Shown here piece by piece: positions 7,831 to 16,557 of a DNA stretch of 34,130 bases. The DNA comes from a virus (lineage: Duplodnaviria; Caudoviricetes). Location: the IMG/VR virus record IMGVR_UViG_3300025021_000204, positions 1 through 34,130 of that record. One strand, 5' to 3'. Every line of letters begins with the position of its first letter. Positions within the stretch are counted from its first letter, which is position 1. A model generated the notes under the pieces. That model ran no database searches, was not told the origin of the DNA, and saw only the letters and a program-made list of their open reading frames with translations. The position numbers and the translations under genes are program-made.

Positions 7831-10652
7831 CAGAATGCCCTCCGTTGCTGCTCGGCCTGCAAGCGGCGCAGCATCTGCTCCAGCTCGCGCACGGACATCT
7901 GCATGGCATGCTGCACCTGGCCTTTCACGTCACCGCTGCCATTGCCGCCAATAGTGATAGATGGAGAAAACTGGATCGTCATGCCCGATGCACTTGGTGC
8001 TGCACCAGACGCGCCGCGCGCCGAAGGTGAAGCGATCTGGATGTTCGGCAGCATCTGTGTGGCTTCTTTCGCCCCCGCCATTGCATGGCCGCTGGCAGCC
8101 ATCGCACCAGCCATTGCCGCACCCGCCAGCTTTCCTGCCGCACTTTGCACACCAGACATTGCACTCTTGATTCCCTGCGTTGCTCCAGCGCCAATGTTTA
8201 GGCCATAGTCCATGAACACCGTGCTCGGAGAATGGATGCCAAGCATGGACTTGAACTTATCCTTGATGCCGCTGGCGAGTTGGCCGACCGACTTGCTCAA
8301 CTTCGCCCACCCTTCGGTGAGACCACCGACCAGACCGTTGATGATGTCAGCGCCGATCTGGATCATGCGCGCGGGCAATTTGAGGAACTCGGCTAGTAGC
8401 TTTGCGCCCCAAGTCAAAACTCCCGCGATCCCCTTGCCGAACTTTTCCCCCATGTTGCGGCCAGCGTTACCCACATCCTCAACTGGCGTGAAAAGGTTTC
8501 TCATCCAGCCCCAAAGCATTTTCACGCCCCCGGCCACGAGTTTAATGGGCAACAGGATGGGGGAAAACAGCACCTTGAGCAGCGGCATCAACGGCTGAAT
8601 GGCCGTCATCAGATTGCCGAATGCAGTCCGCAGAGCGGCCAGCGCCGGGCGCAGCGCATCCATTACTGGCTGAAAGCCAGTCTTGAGGCCCGCCCACATA
8701 CCGCTGAAGAATCCCTTGATCGGCCCCCAATACTTCCAGACCAAAAAAGCAAGACCCGCAACCGCCGCCGCCACCCAGCCGATGGGCGTAGTGAGCAACG
8801 CCAGACCGAATGCACGCGTGCCAGTCGCCAGCGACATCAGCGCCGTCCTGCCGACTTGACCAAGCAGCGCCATTGGCCCGCCCGCCAACTGACTGGCCAG
8901 TGCTACGCTCGCCAAGCGCATGCGCAGGCCGGATAGTGCAGCTTGATACAGATTTGTGACGCTCACATTCGCCGCCACACCCAGGCGCGTGGTCATCAGC
9001 CAACCGGCCACATTCTGGAATGTACCGAGCGATGACAGCAGTCCGCCCTGCATGAACTTGAACGCGAAGCCGAGCACCGTCATAGCAGATGCCCCCATCA
9101 GCACACCTGCGGCCAGCCTAGAGAACATGGGGAACGTCTGCGTAACCCAAGTCATGAAGGTGGTGATGCCGCGAATCAACGGAGTGAAGAGATCAATAGC
9201 GGGCATCATGGCGTTGCCCAGCGCAATGCCGAAATCAGTGATGGCGATCTTCAAGCCCTTGAGTTTTTCAGCCATGCCCTCGGTACGCCGTGCATAGTCC
9301 GTATCGAGCGTTCCCCGCCCATCAGCGTTCTTGCCGGTTTTGACATCGCCCATCATCTTGTTGAGATCGCCCTTGTTCTGGATTTCGGCCAGCAGGTAGG
9401 AAACCGCCTGCATGTCCTGAAACAAGTCGCCTATGCCAGCACGGTCGCCGAGCTTCTGAATCATCGCGGAGCGGCGTTCCAGCTCGGCCTGCCGTTGCAC
9501 CGGGTCGGAAATCTTCGCCACCTCCTCGGCCACCTTTTTCAGCTCGGCAGCAGCCTCCGGCGCTTTGGCCTTGACGTGCTGCATGACCAGATCGACGCCA
9601 GCCGCAATCGGGTCGAGTCCCTTCCGCGCCGCCGCTTGGAGCTGCGGAATCAGGTCGATACCCTGCTTCTTGAAATCCTTGATGGTGTCCTGCGAGGTCA
9701 GCTTTGTCAGAAAGTTCTTGAAGTTGTTGGCGGCCTCATCGTTGCTGCCTGCCGTGCGCGTGGCCACCTGCATCCTCGAAGCCATGCTCACTACAGCCTC
9801 ATTGCCGGACACGCCGAGTTCCTTCATAAATCCGCCCAGCGCCGGGAACCACTTGGCCATATCGCGCAGCTCGAAGCTGCCCTGCTTGCCAGCCTTCGCC
9901 GCTTGGTTGAAGGCCAGCTCCATATCCTTGACGCCAAGCAACTCGAAGCTGCGTGCCATTTTCGCTGCATCGCCGCTGTCGGTGCGCGTCGCGGTTGCCG
10001 TCTTTGCCATCAATGGCATCATGGTGCTTGCTGCTTGCTGGCTCATGCCGGTTTCCACCAACTTCTTCATGGCCTCGGCCACGTCCTGCTGCGACTGGTT
10101 ATAGCGCAGCGACAATCCACGGATGGATTTCGCCAGCTCTTCTTCCTCTCGCTTTGTCAACTCGCCAGTGATGGCGATGTCCTTGATGACATCCTCATAG
10201 CGTGCGGCCACGGCCACCGGCTTGTAGAAGCTGTACCCCGCAGCGACCGCATCCATCACCTTGCCGCGAGCATCGGCTCGCATCGCGGCACCGGCACTGA
10301 TGTTGTTTTGCCCGGCCACGCGCAGGTTAAGACCGGACTCGGCTGCACGAAGCTGGCGCAGTTCCGTATGCAGCTTGCCGATATTCAGCCCGGCTTCACG
10401 TGCCTTGGCTGACATATTGAGCAGCTCGCGCGAGACCTTGGCGATCTCCTCTTTTGAGTACCTGCCGCTGCTCGATACTTCATTGAATCTGGCCTTGAGC
10501 GCCAGCAGGTCTGAACCGAGCTTTTGTTTGAGCTGGACGCCATTCAGACTGGTCTTGAGCTGGTCAACGTTCTGCCGTATCATCGACAAACCGCTGACAG
10601 CAGCGGCTCCGCCGAGCAACGAAATCAGAACATCTAACTTGGTTTGTGCCAT
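7830..10652 (-). CDS. tail tape measure protein (TP901-type core)
   Basis: 940 aa, Ala/Gly-rich, AGKQGSFELRDMAKWFP core, hydrophobic segments, LGIHSPSTVF; SD AGGAG. Confidence 0.95.
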   Translation of the reverse strand: MAQTKLDVLISLLGGAAAVSGLSMIRQNVDQLKTSLNGVQLKQKLGSDLLALKARFNEVSSSGRYSKEEIAKVSRELLNMSAKAREAGLNIGKLHTELRQLRAAESGLNLRVAGQNNISAGAAMRADARGKVMDAVAAGYSFYKPVAVAARYEDVIKDIAITGELTKREEEELAKSIRGLSLRYNQSQQDVAEAMKKLVETGMSQQAASTMMPLMAKTATATRTDSGDAAKMARSFELLGVKDMELAFNQAAKAGKQGSFELRDMAKWFPALGGFMKELGVSGNEAVVSMASRMQVATRTAGSNDEAANNFKNFLTKLTSQDTIKDFKKQGIDLIPQLQAAARKGLDPIAAGVDLVMQHVKAKAPEAAAELKKVAEEVAKISDPVQRQAELERRSAMIQKLGDRAGIGDLFQDMQAVSYLLAEIQNKGDLNKMMGDVKTGKNADGRGTLDTDYARRTEGMAEKLKGLKIAITDFGIALGNAMMPAIDLFTPLIRGITTFMTWVTQTFPMFSRLAAGVLMGASAMTVLGFAFKFMQGGLLSSLGTFQNVAGWLMTTRLGVAANVSVTNLYQAALSGLRMRLASVALASQLAGGPMALLGQVGRTALMSLATGTRAFGLALLTTPIGWVAAAVAGLAFLVWKYWGPIKGFFSGMWAGLKTGFQPVMDALRPALAALRTAFGNLMTAIQPLMPLLKVLFSPILLPIKLVAGGVKMLWGWMRNLFTPVEDVGNAGRNMGEKFGKGIAGVLTWGAKLLAEFLKLPARMIQIGADIINGLVGGLTEGWAKLSKSVGQLASGIKDKFKSMLGIHSPSTVFMDYGLNIGAGATQGIKSAMSGVQSAAGKLAGAAMAGAMAASGHAMAGAKEATQMLPNIQIASPSARGASGAAPSASGMTIQFSPSITIGGNGSGDVKGQVQHAMQMSVRELEQMLRRLQAEQQRRAF

Positions 10653-10899
10653 GAAGAACAGCTCCTACACTGACGCATTTATCACTTGCTACTGGACTGC
10701 GGTGCTGGCCATCAGCTTCGCCGTGTCGGTGGCGGGTGGCACTTGGGCGTTCTTGGGGCCGATTGGCGTAATTCTCGGCACCCTCGTAGTCGCCATCCCC
10801 GTCACCCTCTGCATCACCCTGTGCTTCCCGGTCACGTTCCCCGTTCTAGCTCTCGCAGCTTGGTGGCTTGGGCGGAAATCTGCTCACTCGCCAGCTTGA
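10651..10899 (+). CDS. small inner-membrane protein, antisense to tail operon (moron-like)
   Basis: 82 aa from ATG 10651 (MKNSSYTDAFITCYWTAVLAISFAVSVAGGTWAFLGPIGVILGTLVVAIPV...), almost entirely hydrophobic; fills the chaperone-TMP gap. Confidence 0.6.
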   Translation: MKNSSYTDAFITCYWTAVLAISFAVSVAGGTWAFLGPIGVILGTLVVAIPVTLCITLCFPVTFPVLALAAWWLGRKSAHSPA

Positions 10900-11020
10900 C
10901 CCACTGAACGAAGTCGCTGGTTTCCAGCGCCTCGATCTCCGATGGCTGAAACCGAAACCACTTGGCCAACAGCGCCGCACCCTGCCAGTAGTCAGTCTCC
11001 GAGACCCGAAACCTTGCGAA
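10832..11020 (-). CDS. tail assembly chaperone C-terminal extension (gpE'/GT-like), reached by frameshift
   Basis: +1 frame relative to chaperone reads FARFRVSETDYWQGAALLAKWFRFQPSEIEALETSDFVQWVKLA...; W/F-x-x-x-PSEI-x-x-L pattern typical of gpE'; no ATG of its own. Confidence 0.7.
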   Translation of the reverse strand, partial: FARFRVSETDYWQGAALLAKWFRFQPSEIEALETSDFVQWVKLASEQISAQATKLRELERGT

Positions 11021-11249
11021 AGGTGTCCATCACCTGGCGCATATCGGCCAAGGTGAGTTCCTCCGTATCTTCGATGGTCAGTTTCTCTGCCGAGAGCGAA
11101 CAGATCATGTGCCACACCTGATCTTCCTCGTTGCTGGTGATTTGTTGCGCAGCCTTCAAGTCTCTCCGCGTCGGCTCGCGGGTGAGCGTGATAGCCTTCA
11201 CCTCGCCGCTGGGGGTCTTGATCGGCTTCTTCAATGTGATCTTCGTCAT
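10992..11249 (-). CDS. tail assembly chaperone (gpE / Mu gp41-like)
   Basis: ITLKKPI...ITLTREPTRRDL...EELTLADM; between tube and TMP; SD GAGGA. Confidence 0.88.
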   Translation of the reverse strand: MTKITLKKPIKTPSGEVKAITLTREPTRRDLKAAQQITSNEEDQVWHMICSLSAEKLTIEDTEELTLADMRQVMDTFRKVSGLGD

Positions 11250-11355
11250 GTCCTGTTCCTCTATGTGTGCGGGCAGTCAGCGCCTCAAATCCGGCAGCGC
11301 CGCTGATGATCTTCCTCTCGATTACGCCGTCTCATCGAGCAGTCTCGGGGGGGAT

Positions 11356-11877
11356 TTAGCCACCGATGTTGGTGCGATACAGGTCGAGCTTATCTACGCC
11401 ATTGACCTTGTAGATATTCGCCATCGTATCCAGCTCCAGCACATCCTTACCATCGACCACCTGCTTGATGTAGGAAGCAAAGAACTTGCTCTGGAACTCT
11501 GCCTTATCGTTCTGCTTGAAGTCGCCCGCAGGCACCTCGTAGAACGAGCAGGTGAGGAACACCACATAAGGCACCTGCGCCTGACGGCCCTGGCTGTTGT
11601 AGGTTTCCAGACTACCGCGCGCTTGCAGTTGCACAGCGGTGTAGGGGTCGAGCAGCTTTGCCCATACCTCCGGGTAAAAAGAGTTCCACTTGATCTCGCC
11701 TTCCAGCGCTTCAAAGCCGCTGGGCAGCTTGATCGCGCCGACCATGCCCACGGCCTTGTGTTCGGCCATCTTGAACTTAACCGTTGGGAGTTTGAACTCC
11801 TCGGCCCGTCCAAGCAGGCTGTTGCCGTCGATGTAGATGTTCGCGTTGTTCAGTGTGTTCAGTTGAATGCCAGCCAC
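11356..11877 (-). CDS. major tail tube protein (P2 FII-like)
   Basis: NANIYIDGNSLLGRAEEFKLP...ELDTMANIYKVNGVDKL...NIGG. Confidence 0.93.
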   Translation of the reverse strand: MAGIQLNTLNNANIYIDGNSLLGRAEEFKLPTVKFKMAEHKAVGMVGAIKLPSGFEALEGEIKWNSFYPEVWAKLLDPYTAVQLQARGSLETYNSQGRQAQVPYVVFLTCSFYEVPAGDFKQNDKAEFQSKFFASYIKQVVDGKDVLELDTMANIYKVNGVDKLDLYRTNIGG

Positions 11878-11907
11878 GGTAGGCTCCTTTCAGTAATAGT
11901 GAGTTGG

Positions 11908-13362
11908 TTACTTCGCGCCCAGCTCGGAGAGGTAGTTGATGTTGATGCTGGCCTTGTAGGTCACGCGCTCTGCGGGTGTCGGCGGCATGAAATCGTAGGT
12001 GATCGTCAAGTGGCCTGCTGCCAGCTCCGTCACTTCGTTTTCAGCCTGATCGAACCACGCCTTGCCGTCGATGATCGCGCCGTTTGCCTTGAGCGTCCGC
12101 ATGAAACCGTTGCAGCTCTCGACAATGGCATCGATCAGCGCGTTATCCAGCGGGCGATCATTGAACTGGAGCGTGAAATACTCCAGGCTCTCCGCGATGA
12201 TGTCCGCCGTGCGGCGCACGCACAGGAAGTTCTTGGGGTGCGTGCTGGACGGGAACGCCGCGCTGCGGTTGCCCCACACGCGGATGCCAGTGCCGAATGA
12301 ATTGAACAGCGTGATGATGCCCGCCCCGTTGAGCAGATTTGCCTCGCAGTTCGGATCGTTGATCATCGCGTCGATGGGGCGTTCCATGCCGGTGATGCCG
12401 AGCAGCTCGGTATTCGACAGCGACCACCAATAGCCGTTCTCCTGATCCTTGCGCGACTGCGCGCCCGCCGCATACTGCGACAGCGGCATCAGCACTTCGG
12501 CATCGGCCACCGTGTCATAGGCTTTGACGTGCGGGTAGCACAAGCCAACGCGCTCGGAGCTGGTGTTGAAGTTGAGCGTGCCAGCCGGGCCGCGCCCGGT
12601 GATAGCCTGCTGCGGCGTGATGCCGATGGGCGCGTCGATAAAGCAGATCGCGCGGATGCTGTTTGCGGCAGCGATCAGCTCGGTGGACACGGCAGCCAGC
12701 GTGGCGAACACCGGAGAAATCAAAATCTTCGGGTAGAAGCCAAACAACTGATAGCTGTCGCGGAACGCCTTGAGTCCGGTGCGGTTGCCGCCCGCGTCGA
12801 TGGTGCCGATGATATCGGACGATTGCACCAAGGCCGGGTTGAGATAGGTATAGGTCGCCTTCACCGTGGTAGGAGTGGCAATGGTTCCTGCCGGGATAGC
12901 GCCCGTGCTGATGCGCTTGCCGGTGCCGGTGGCCGCATCGAAGCTGTAGTCGGTGTCCAGGATGTAAGTGGTCGCCAAATCCGCGCTGACCAGCGTGATC
13001 TCGCCGACCACGGCAGGATGCGGCAGCGTGAAGCTGCCATCGACCGGGTCAACGGTCGCGGTCTCCGGGACAGCGACCGTGGTCTTGTGCGCCGCGTTCG
13101 CGGGGTCGAGCACGTTAATCACCACGCACACGGTACCCTTCTGGTCAAAGATCGCGTCCAGCGCATCCAGAATGGTGCTGCCGGGGATGTTCTCACCGAA
13201 CTGCGCGAAATCCTTTTCGCTGGTCACGATGATCGGCTTGTTCACCTCGCCCGCCGCAGCGGTGCCGATGAGGCCGATCACCGCCGTCTTCACCATTTGA
13301 ACCGGACGCGGCCCCTTGTCGATCTCGATAGTCTCGACGCCATGCAGATAACTTGCAGTCAT
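11908..13362 (-). CDS. tail sheath protein (P2 FI-like)
   Basis: YLHGVETIEI, TAVIGLIGTA, YWWSLSN, GIRVWGNRS, YDFMPPTPAERVT motifs. Confidence 0.95.
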   Translation of the reverse strand: MTASYLHGVETIEIDKGPRPVQMVKTAVIGLIGTAAAGEVNKPIIVTSEKDFAQFGENIPGSTILDALDAIFDQKGTVCVVINVLDPANAAHKTTVAVPETATVDPVDGSFTLPHPAVVGEITLVSADLATTYILDTDYSFDAATGTGKRISTGAIPAGTIATPTTVKATYTYLNPALVQSSDIIGTIDAGGNRTGLKAFRDSYQLFGFYPKILISPVFATLAAVSTELIAAANSIRAICFIDAPIGITPQQAITGRGPAGTLNFNTSSERVGLCYPHVKAYDTVADAEVLMPLSQYAAGAQSRKDQENGYWWSLSNTELLGITGMERPIDAMINDPNCEANLLNGAGIITLFNSFGTGIRVWGNRSAAFPSSTHPKNFLCVRRTADIIAESLEYFTLQFNDRPLDNALIDAIVESCNGFMRTLKANGAIIDGKAWFDQAENEVTELAAGHLTITYDFMPPTPAERVTYKASININYLSELGAK

Positions 13363-13378
13363 TGCAAACTCCTTTCAG

Positions 13379-13633
13379 TTATTTGGTCTTGCCCGACTTG
13401 TCAGTCGCGGCTTTGGTTTCGGCGGATTGCACGATCTGGACAGGTGCTACCTGCACCGGCTTGAGGTAGCCCTGCGCGATCAGCACGCTCACCATCTCGT
13501 GGTCGGCGGGCAGATCCACTTCCTGCTTGTTCCAGAACAGCACATCCTGGTCTTTGAGGCCGCCTTTGCCGTCGCTCACCTTGAGCGTGACAGCGGAATT
13601 CGGGCCGGTATAGATGAATCGAGACATAAGCAC
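13379..13633 (-). CDS. small tail-associated hypothetical protein
   Basis: Conserved slot before sheath; FIYTGPNSAVTL...LIAQGYL; start may be ATG 13627. Confidence 0.65.
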   Translation of the reverse strand: MLMSRFIYTGPNSAVTLKVSDGKGGLKDQDVLFWNKQEVDLPADHEMVSVLIAQGYLKPVQVAPVQIVQSAETKAATDKSGKTK

Positions 13634-13641
13634 TCCTTCGG

Positions 13642-14196
13642 TTAAATGGTTACGGGTTCTTGAACAACCGGCGGCAACAGCGCCGGGGCATTGTCTTCAT
13701 TGGTGACAGACCAAGCCCCAGGCGGACGCGGACGGTTGGCCACGGTGGTCATGGGTACGCCGAAGCGCAGGCTGTAGCCCCAGGTGCCTTCGACGTAATC
13801 ATCGAATTCCACGCTGATGATTCGCACCTGCCCGGATGCGGTCGGCGGCGTCCAGCCCAAGAGGGTGTTGCGGCAGGTTTCGAGCAGGTCATAAATACCG
13901 ACCCCCAAAGCCGCATCAGCTGCGCCCGGCGTATTGGCTTCGCGCAGCGTGCGCGACACCAGCCCAAGCTCAAATTCGTCTTCATAGGTCACGAGCTGCC
14001 CGGCAGTCGCGTGGTGCGCGAACTTGCTGCCCCGGTAGACCACCAGCGCCGCGCCGTTGGGGTGCGTCATGCGGTAGTCGCGCGGACGCTCCGGCCAGGC
14101 GCGCACTTCCACTTTTGGGTGCGCCTGACCGGCCAGCGTGAGCGCAGCCGCCAGGCGGGCCACGATGGTGTTTTCGAGATCGCCGACCATGCTCAT
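13642..14196 (-). CDS. Mu gp37-like tail terminator/neck protein
   Basis: VRAWPERPRDYRMTHPNGAALVVYRGSKF motif; follows gp36-like gene. Confidence 0.82.
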   Translation of the reverse strand: MSMVGDLENTIVARLAAALTLAGQAHPKVEVRAWPERPRDYRMTHPNGAALVVYRGSKFAHHATAGQLVTYEDEFELGLVSRTLREANTPGAADAALGVGIYDLLETCRNTLLGWTPPTASGQVRIISVEFDDYVEGTWGYSLRFGVPMTTVANRPRPPGAWSVTNEDNAPALLPPVVQEPVTI

Positions 14197-14651
14197 CAGC
14201 GATTCCCCCTGCCGAACAGAGAAGGCGGCTCACCAAACTGCGGCATCCCTGCCGACTGCGAGGCCGGGTTGTCCGCCACGTCATCACGCAACGCAGCGCC
14301 CGGCAATTGCACATCGCCGCAAGCGATGGCCTTGAGCAGCCTCACCACATCCTCGTAACGCTGCCGCGCATCCTTGATGTCATCGGCGGGTCGCAGGGTT
14401 TGCAGCCGGTAGATGGCGATGTCGCAGGCGCAGCGCACCAGAATCGTCGGCACGGCCATCGCTGCCCCCGTCACATCTTGCAGCGGCAGCAGGTAGCGCG
14501 TGGCGAGCCATCCTTCGATCTCCGCCGACGCATCGGCCAGCGCCTGCCCGGCGCGTGTAGCGTCAAGCGCCTGAGCGTCCGGGTCGGTGATGTGCCGCAG
14601 ATCGCGTTCGGCGTATCGTTCGGTCAGTTGGGTGAGGGTGGCGTAGTTCAT
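14196..14651 (-). CDS. Mu gp36-like head-tail adaptor (DUF1320)
   Basis: MNYAT...ALADASAEIEGWLATRY...ACDIAIYRL...RYEDVVRLLKAIACG. Confidence 0.92.
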   Translation of the reverse strand: MNYATLTQLTERYAERDLRHITDPDAQALDATRAGQALADASAEIEGWLATRYLLPLQDVTGAAMAVPTILVRCACDIAIYRLQTLRPADDIKDARQRYEDVVRLLKAIACGDVQLPGAALRDDVADNPASQSAGMPQFGEPPSLFGRGNR

Positions 14652-14699
14652 GTCGCCACTTTGCCGGGCGCATGGAGATGTGGACAGTAAAGGCTTTTA
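14652..14699 (-). promoter_or_regulatory. putative activator-dependent late promoter (box TAAAAGCCTTTA at 14688-14699, -10-like CAAAGT), leaderless into gp36
   Basis: Box ends 36 nt before ATG 14651; 17 nt before the ATG identical to the copy at 17641-17657. Confidence 0.75.
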
Positions 14700-14914
14700 A
14701 TTTTTGCCCGGCAGGGGTGGGGTGATTCCTGTAGGGCAATGCGGGGAAAATAAGTAGACGACTACAGCATTCACCCCATAGCAGACCGGCACAGCCAAAC
14801 CAAAGGCCCACGGAGGCCGCTGCGAACATTCATAAACGATTCTTGCACCCCAACCTATACAACCGGGGCATATAGGTAGCTTCAATCGCTTGTAGGCGCT
14901 TCTGTCGCGTCTGC

Positions 14915-14949
14915 AAAAAAAAGCCCGCACCGGGGGAGGCGGCACGGGC
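14915..14949 (-). terminator. Rho-independent terminator of head operon
   Basis: GCCCGTGCCG-CCTCCCC-CGGTGCGGGC stem-loop followed by T8 on the minus strand. Confidence 0.88.
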
Positions 14950-14985
14950 AAACTGCCAAAAGGAGGCAGGAGGAGAGTTTTAGTG

Positions 14986-15186
14986 TCAGCCCTTCTTGCC
15001 GGGCTGCTTGGCGTCCGTCGAATTCGCATCCACTTCGCGCACGATCAGTCGCGGCTCGTTCTGGAGCGACTGGAGTTGCTCTTTGGACAAGTCGCCCAGC
15101 GCAACTACGGTTGGGGTGGCGGAGAACTCGCGTCCGGCGCGGCGAAACACGCCGGACTTGCAGATTACTTCGATGCTGTTAGCCAT
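14986..15186 (-). CDS. Mu gp35 / HI1506-like small head protein
   Basis: FRRAGREFS...LSKEQLQSLQNEPRLIV motif; directly after capsid; SD GGAGG. Confidence 0.8.
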   Translation of the reverse strand: MANSIEVICKSGVFRRAGREFSATPTVVALGDLSKEQLQSLQNEPRLIVREVDANSTDAKQPGKKG

Positions 15187-15201
15187 GATGTGTTCCTCCT
15201 A

Positions 15202-16101
15202 TTAAGCCAGCCAAGGGCAGACTTCAACCTTCATCAGCCCCTTCATCACGTTGCTGGTGTTGCTGATGATGACAGCCTCCAGCGCCGTGCGGGCAGCTTC
15301 TTCCAGCGAGGGCGGCACCAGCAGCAGGTTGGGCGTAATGCCCAGCGGCTCGCCGTTGTCGCCCTTGAAGCCCATCATATTGGCGCGTGCAGCCCACAGC
15401 GCGGTCTTGTCCAGCGTCTGCTTGCTGGCATAGGCGGTCTGCCACAGTCCATAGCCCACATTGCAGCGGCCATCCACGCCGAACAGCAGCTCGTTGCGCT
15501 TGAACACATGGTCGCTGTCGCCGCTGGTCAGCTCCTGCGGCTTGAACGGAGTGCGCTGCTGGAAGATGATCGGCTTGACCACCTTGCTGGTGTCCAGCAG
15601 ATACCAGGCCGCGCCGGAACCGCCGCCCGTGTTACTCACCGACACCACGCCTTCCTTCGTCTGCACCGGGTGATCGGTGTCGAAGAAATACTGGCCGTCC
15701 GGCCCGGTTGCGGCAAAACCCTCTTGCAACAGCTTGAACACCAGCCGATTCGGGAATACCCGTGCGTTCTGGCCGAGCTGCTGCGCGGCGATGGAATAGC
15801 CGCCGAGCTTGCGGTCGGCGATCTTGTCCACCGGCACGCCGATAGTGCCCTCGAAATGCTTGTTGGAAATCTTGAACGAGGCCTCGGACAGGTTCTGCAC
15901 CTGACGGTCACCCAGCCACTCGCGGATGGAAGACAGATTCTTCATCCAGCCGTATTCTTCGTCGGATGTCTCCGAGTTGATCAGCAGGGCGATGTCCTTC
16001 CACTGGTCTTCCACACCGCTGGCGGTGGCCATGAAGCCCTCGTTGAACAAAGCCCGGAGTCCGGTATAGGCGGCGGTCGCCTGCGCTTGAGTAATTAACA
16101 T
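15202..16101 (-). CDS. major capsid protein (Mu gpT-like)
   Basis: EEYGWM...IREWLGDR, DGQYFFDTDHPV, WYLLDTSKVVKPIIFQQR, LLLVPPSLE motifs. Confidence 0.95.
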   Translation of the reverse strand: MLITQAQATAAYTGLRALFNEGFMATASGVEDQWKDIALLINSETSDEEYGWMKNLSSIREWLGDRQVQNLSEASFKISNKHFEGTIGVPVDKIADRKLGGYSIAAQQLGQNARVFPNRLVFKLLQEGFAATGPDGQYFFDTDHPVQTKEGVVSVSNTGGGSGAAWYLLDTSKVVKPIIFQQRTPFKPQELTSGDSDHVFKRNELLFGVDGRCNVGYGLWQTAYASKQTLDKTALWAARANMMGFKGDNGEPLGITPNLLLVPPSLEEAARTALEAVIISNTSNVMKGLMKVEVCPWLA

Positions 16102-16134
16102 GTTTGCTCCTATTGAGTTGATTGAGTCAGGCGG

Positions 16135-16554
16135 TTAGCGGAAATCCACCCACACCACAGTGCCGGAGCCGACCGTTTCCACGTCGGCCACCTTGCCAGC
16201 CGCAACGCGTGTGCCGGTGGCATCGGTCAGGGCGACGGTTTCATCATCGACCACATAGCAGACAGCACCCACATCGCCCAGGTCGATCAGATCGGCAGCA
16301 GCCGAGTTGTTGAAGGCGAAGACGCCGCGCTTGACCTTGACCAGCACCGCGCCATCCGCGCCGCTGCTGTTGTCCACGGTCTCGACAGCGATGCCTGCGG
16401 CCTTGGTGCCGCCCGCCGCGCCGCCACGGGCAAAGCCGGTGGCCGACAGCGTGACCATGCTGCCCGCGTAAATTTTGGTGCTGGCCGCAACCGGATAGGT
16501 GAAATCCACGCCGTCGCGGGCCAAGGTGTTACGTGCCGAAGTCAGTGTGCTCAT
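16135..16554 (-). CDS. capsid decoration/cement-type protein
   Basis: YPVAASTKIYAGSMV...VKVKRGVFAF...CYVVDDETV...VWV; between protease and capsid. Confidence 0.7.
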   Translation of the reverse strand: MSTLTSARNTLARDGVDFTYPVAASTKIYAGSMVTLSATGFARGGAAGGTKAAGIAVETVDNSSGADGAVLVKVKRGVFAFNNSAAADLIDLGDVGAVCYVVDDETVALTDATGTRVAAGKVADVETVGSGTVVWVDFR

Positions 16555-16557
16555 CGC

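Noticed and set aside
10261-10650. Long N-terminal part of the 212-aa + strand ORF
   Set aside because: Antisense to tape measure gene; only the part from ATG 10651 looks like a protein
10846-11115. -1 frame ORF as the chaperone frameshift product
   Set aside because: Translation is Arg/Ser-rich without gpE' features and I saw no canonical X XXY YYZ heptamer; the +1 frame carries the conserved motif
14563-15029. ORFs 14563-14829 and 14697-15029 across the central gap
   Set aside because: They cross a terminator or promoter and overlap real genes; no SD, atypical composition
11131-16098. Long + strand ORFs (11131-12300, 12529-13464, 13660-14358, 14983-16098)
   Set aside because: Mirror frames of strongly codon-biased tube, sheath, gp37 and capsid genes in GC-rich DNA
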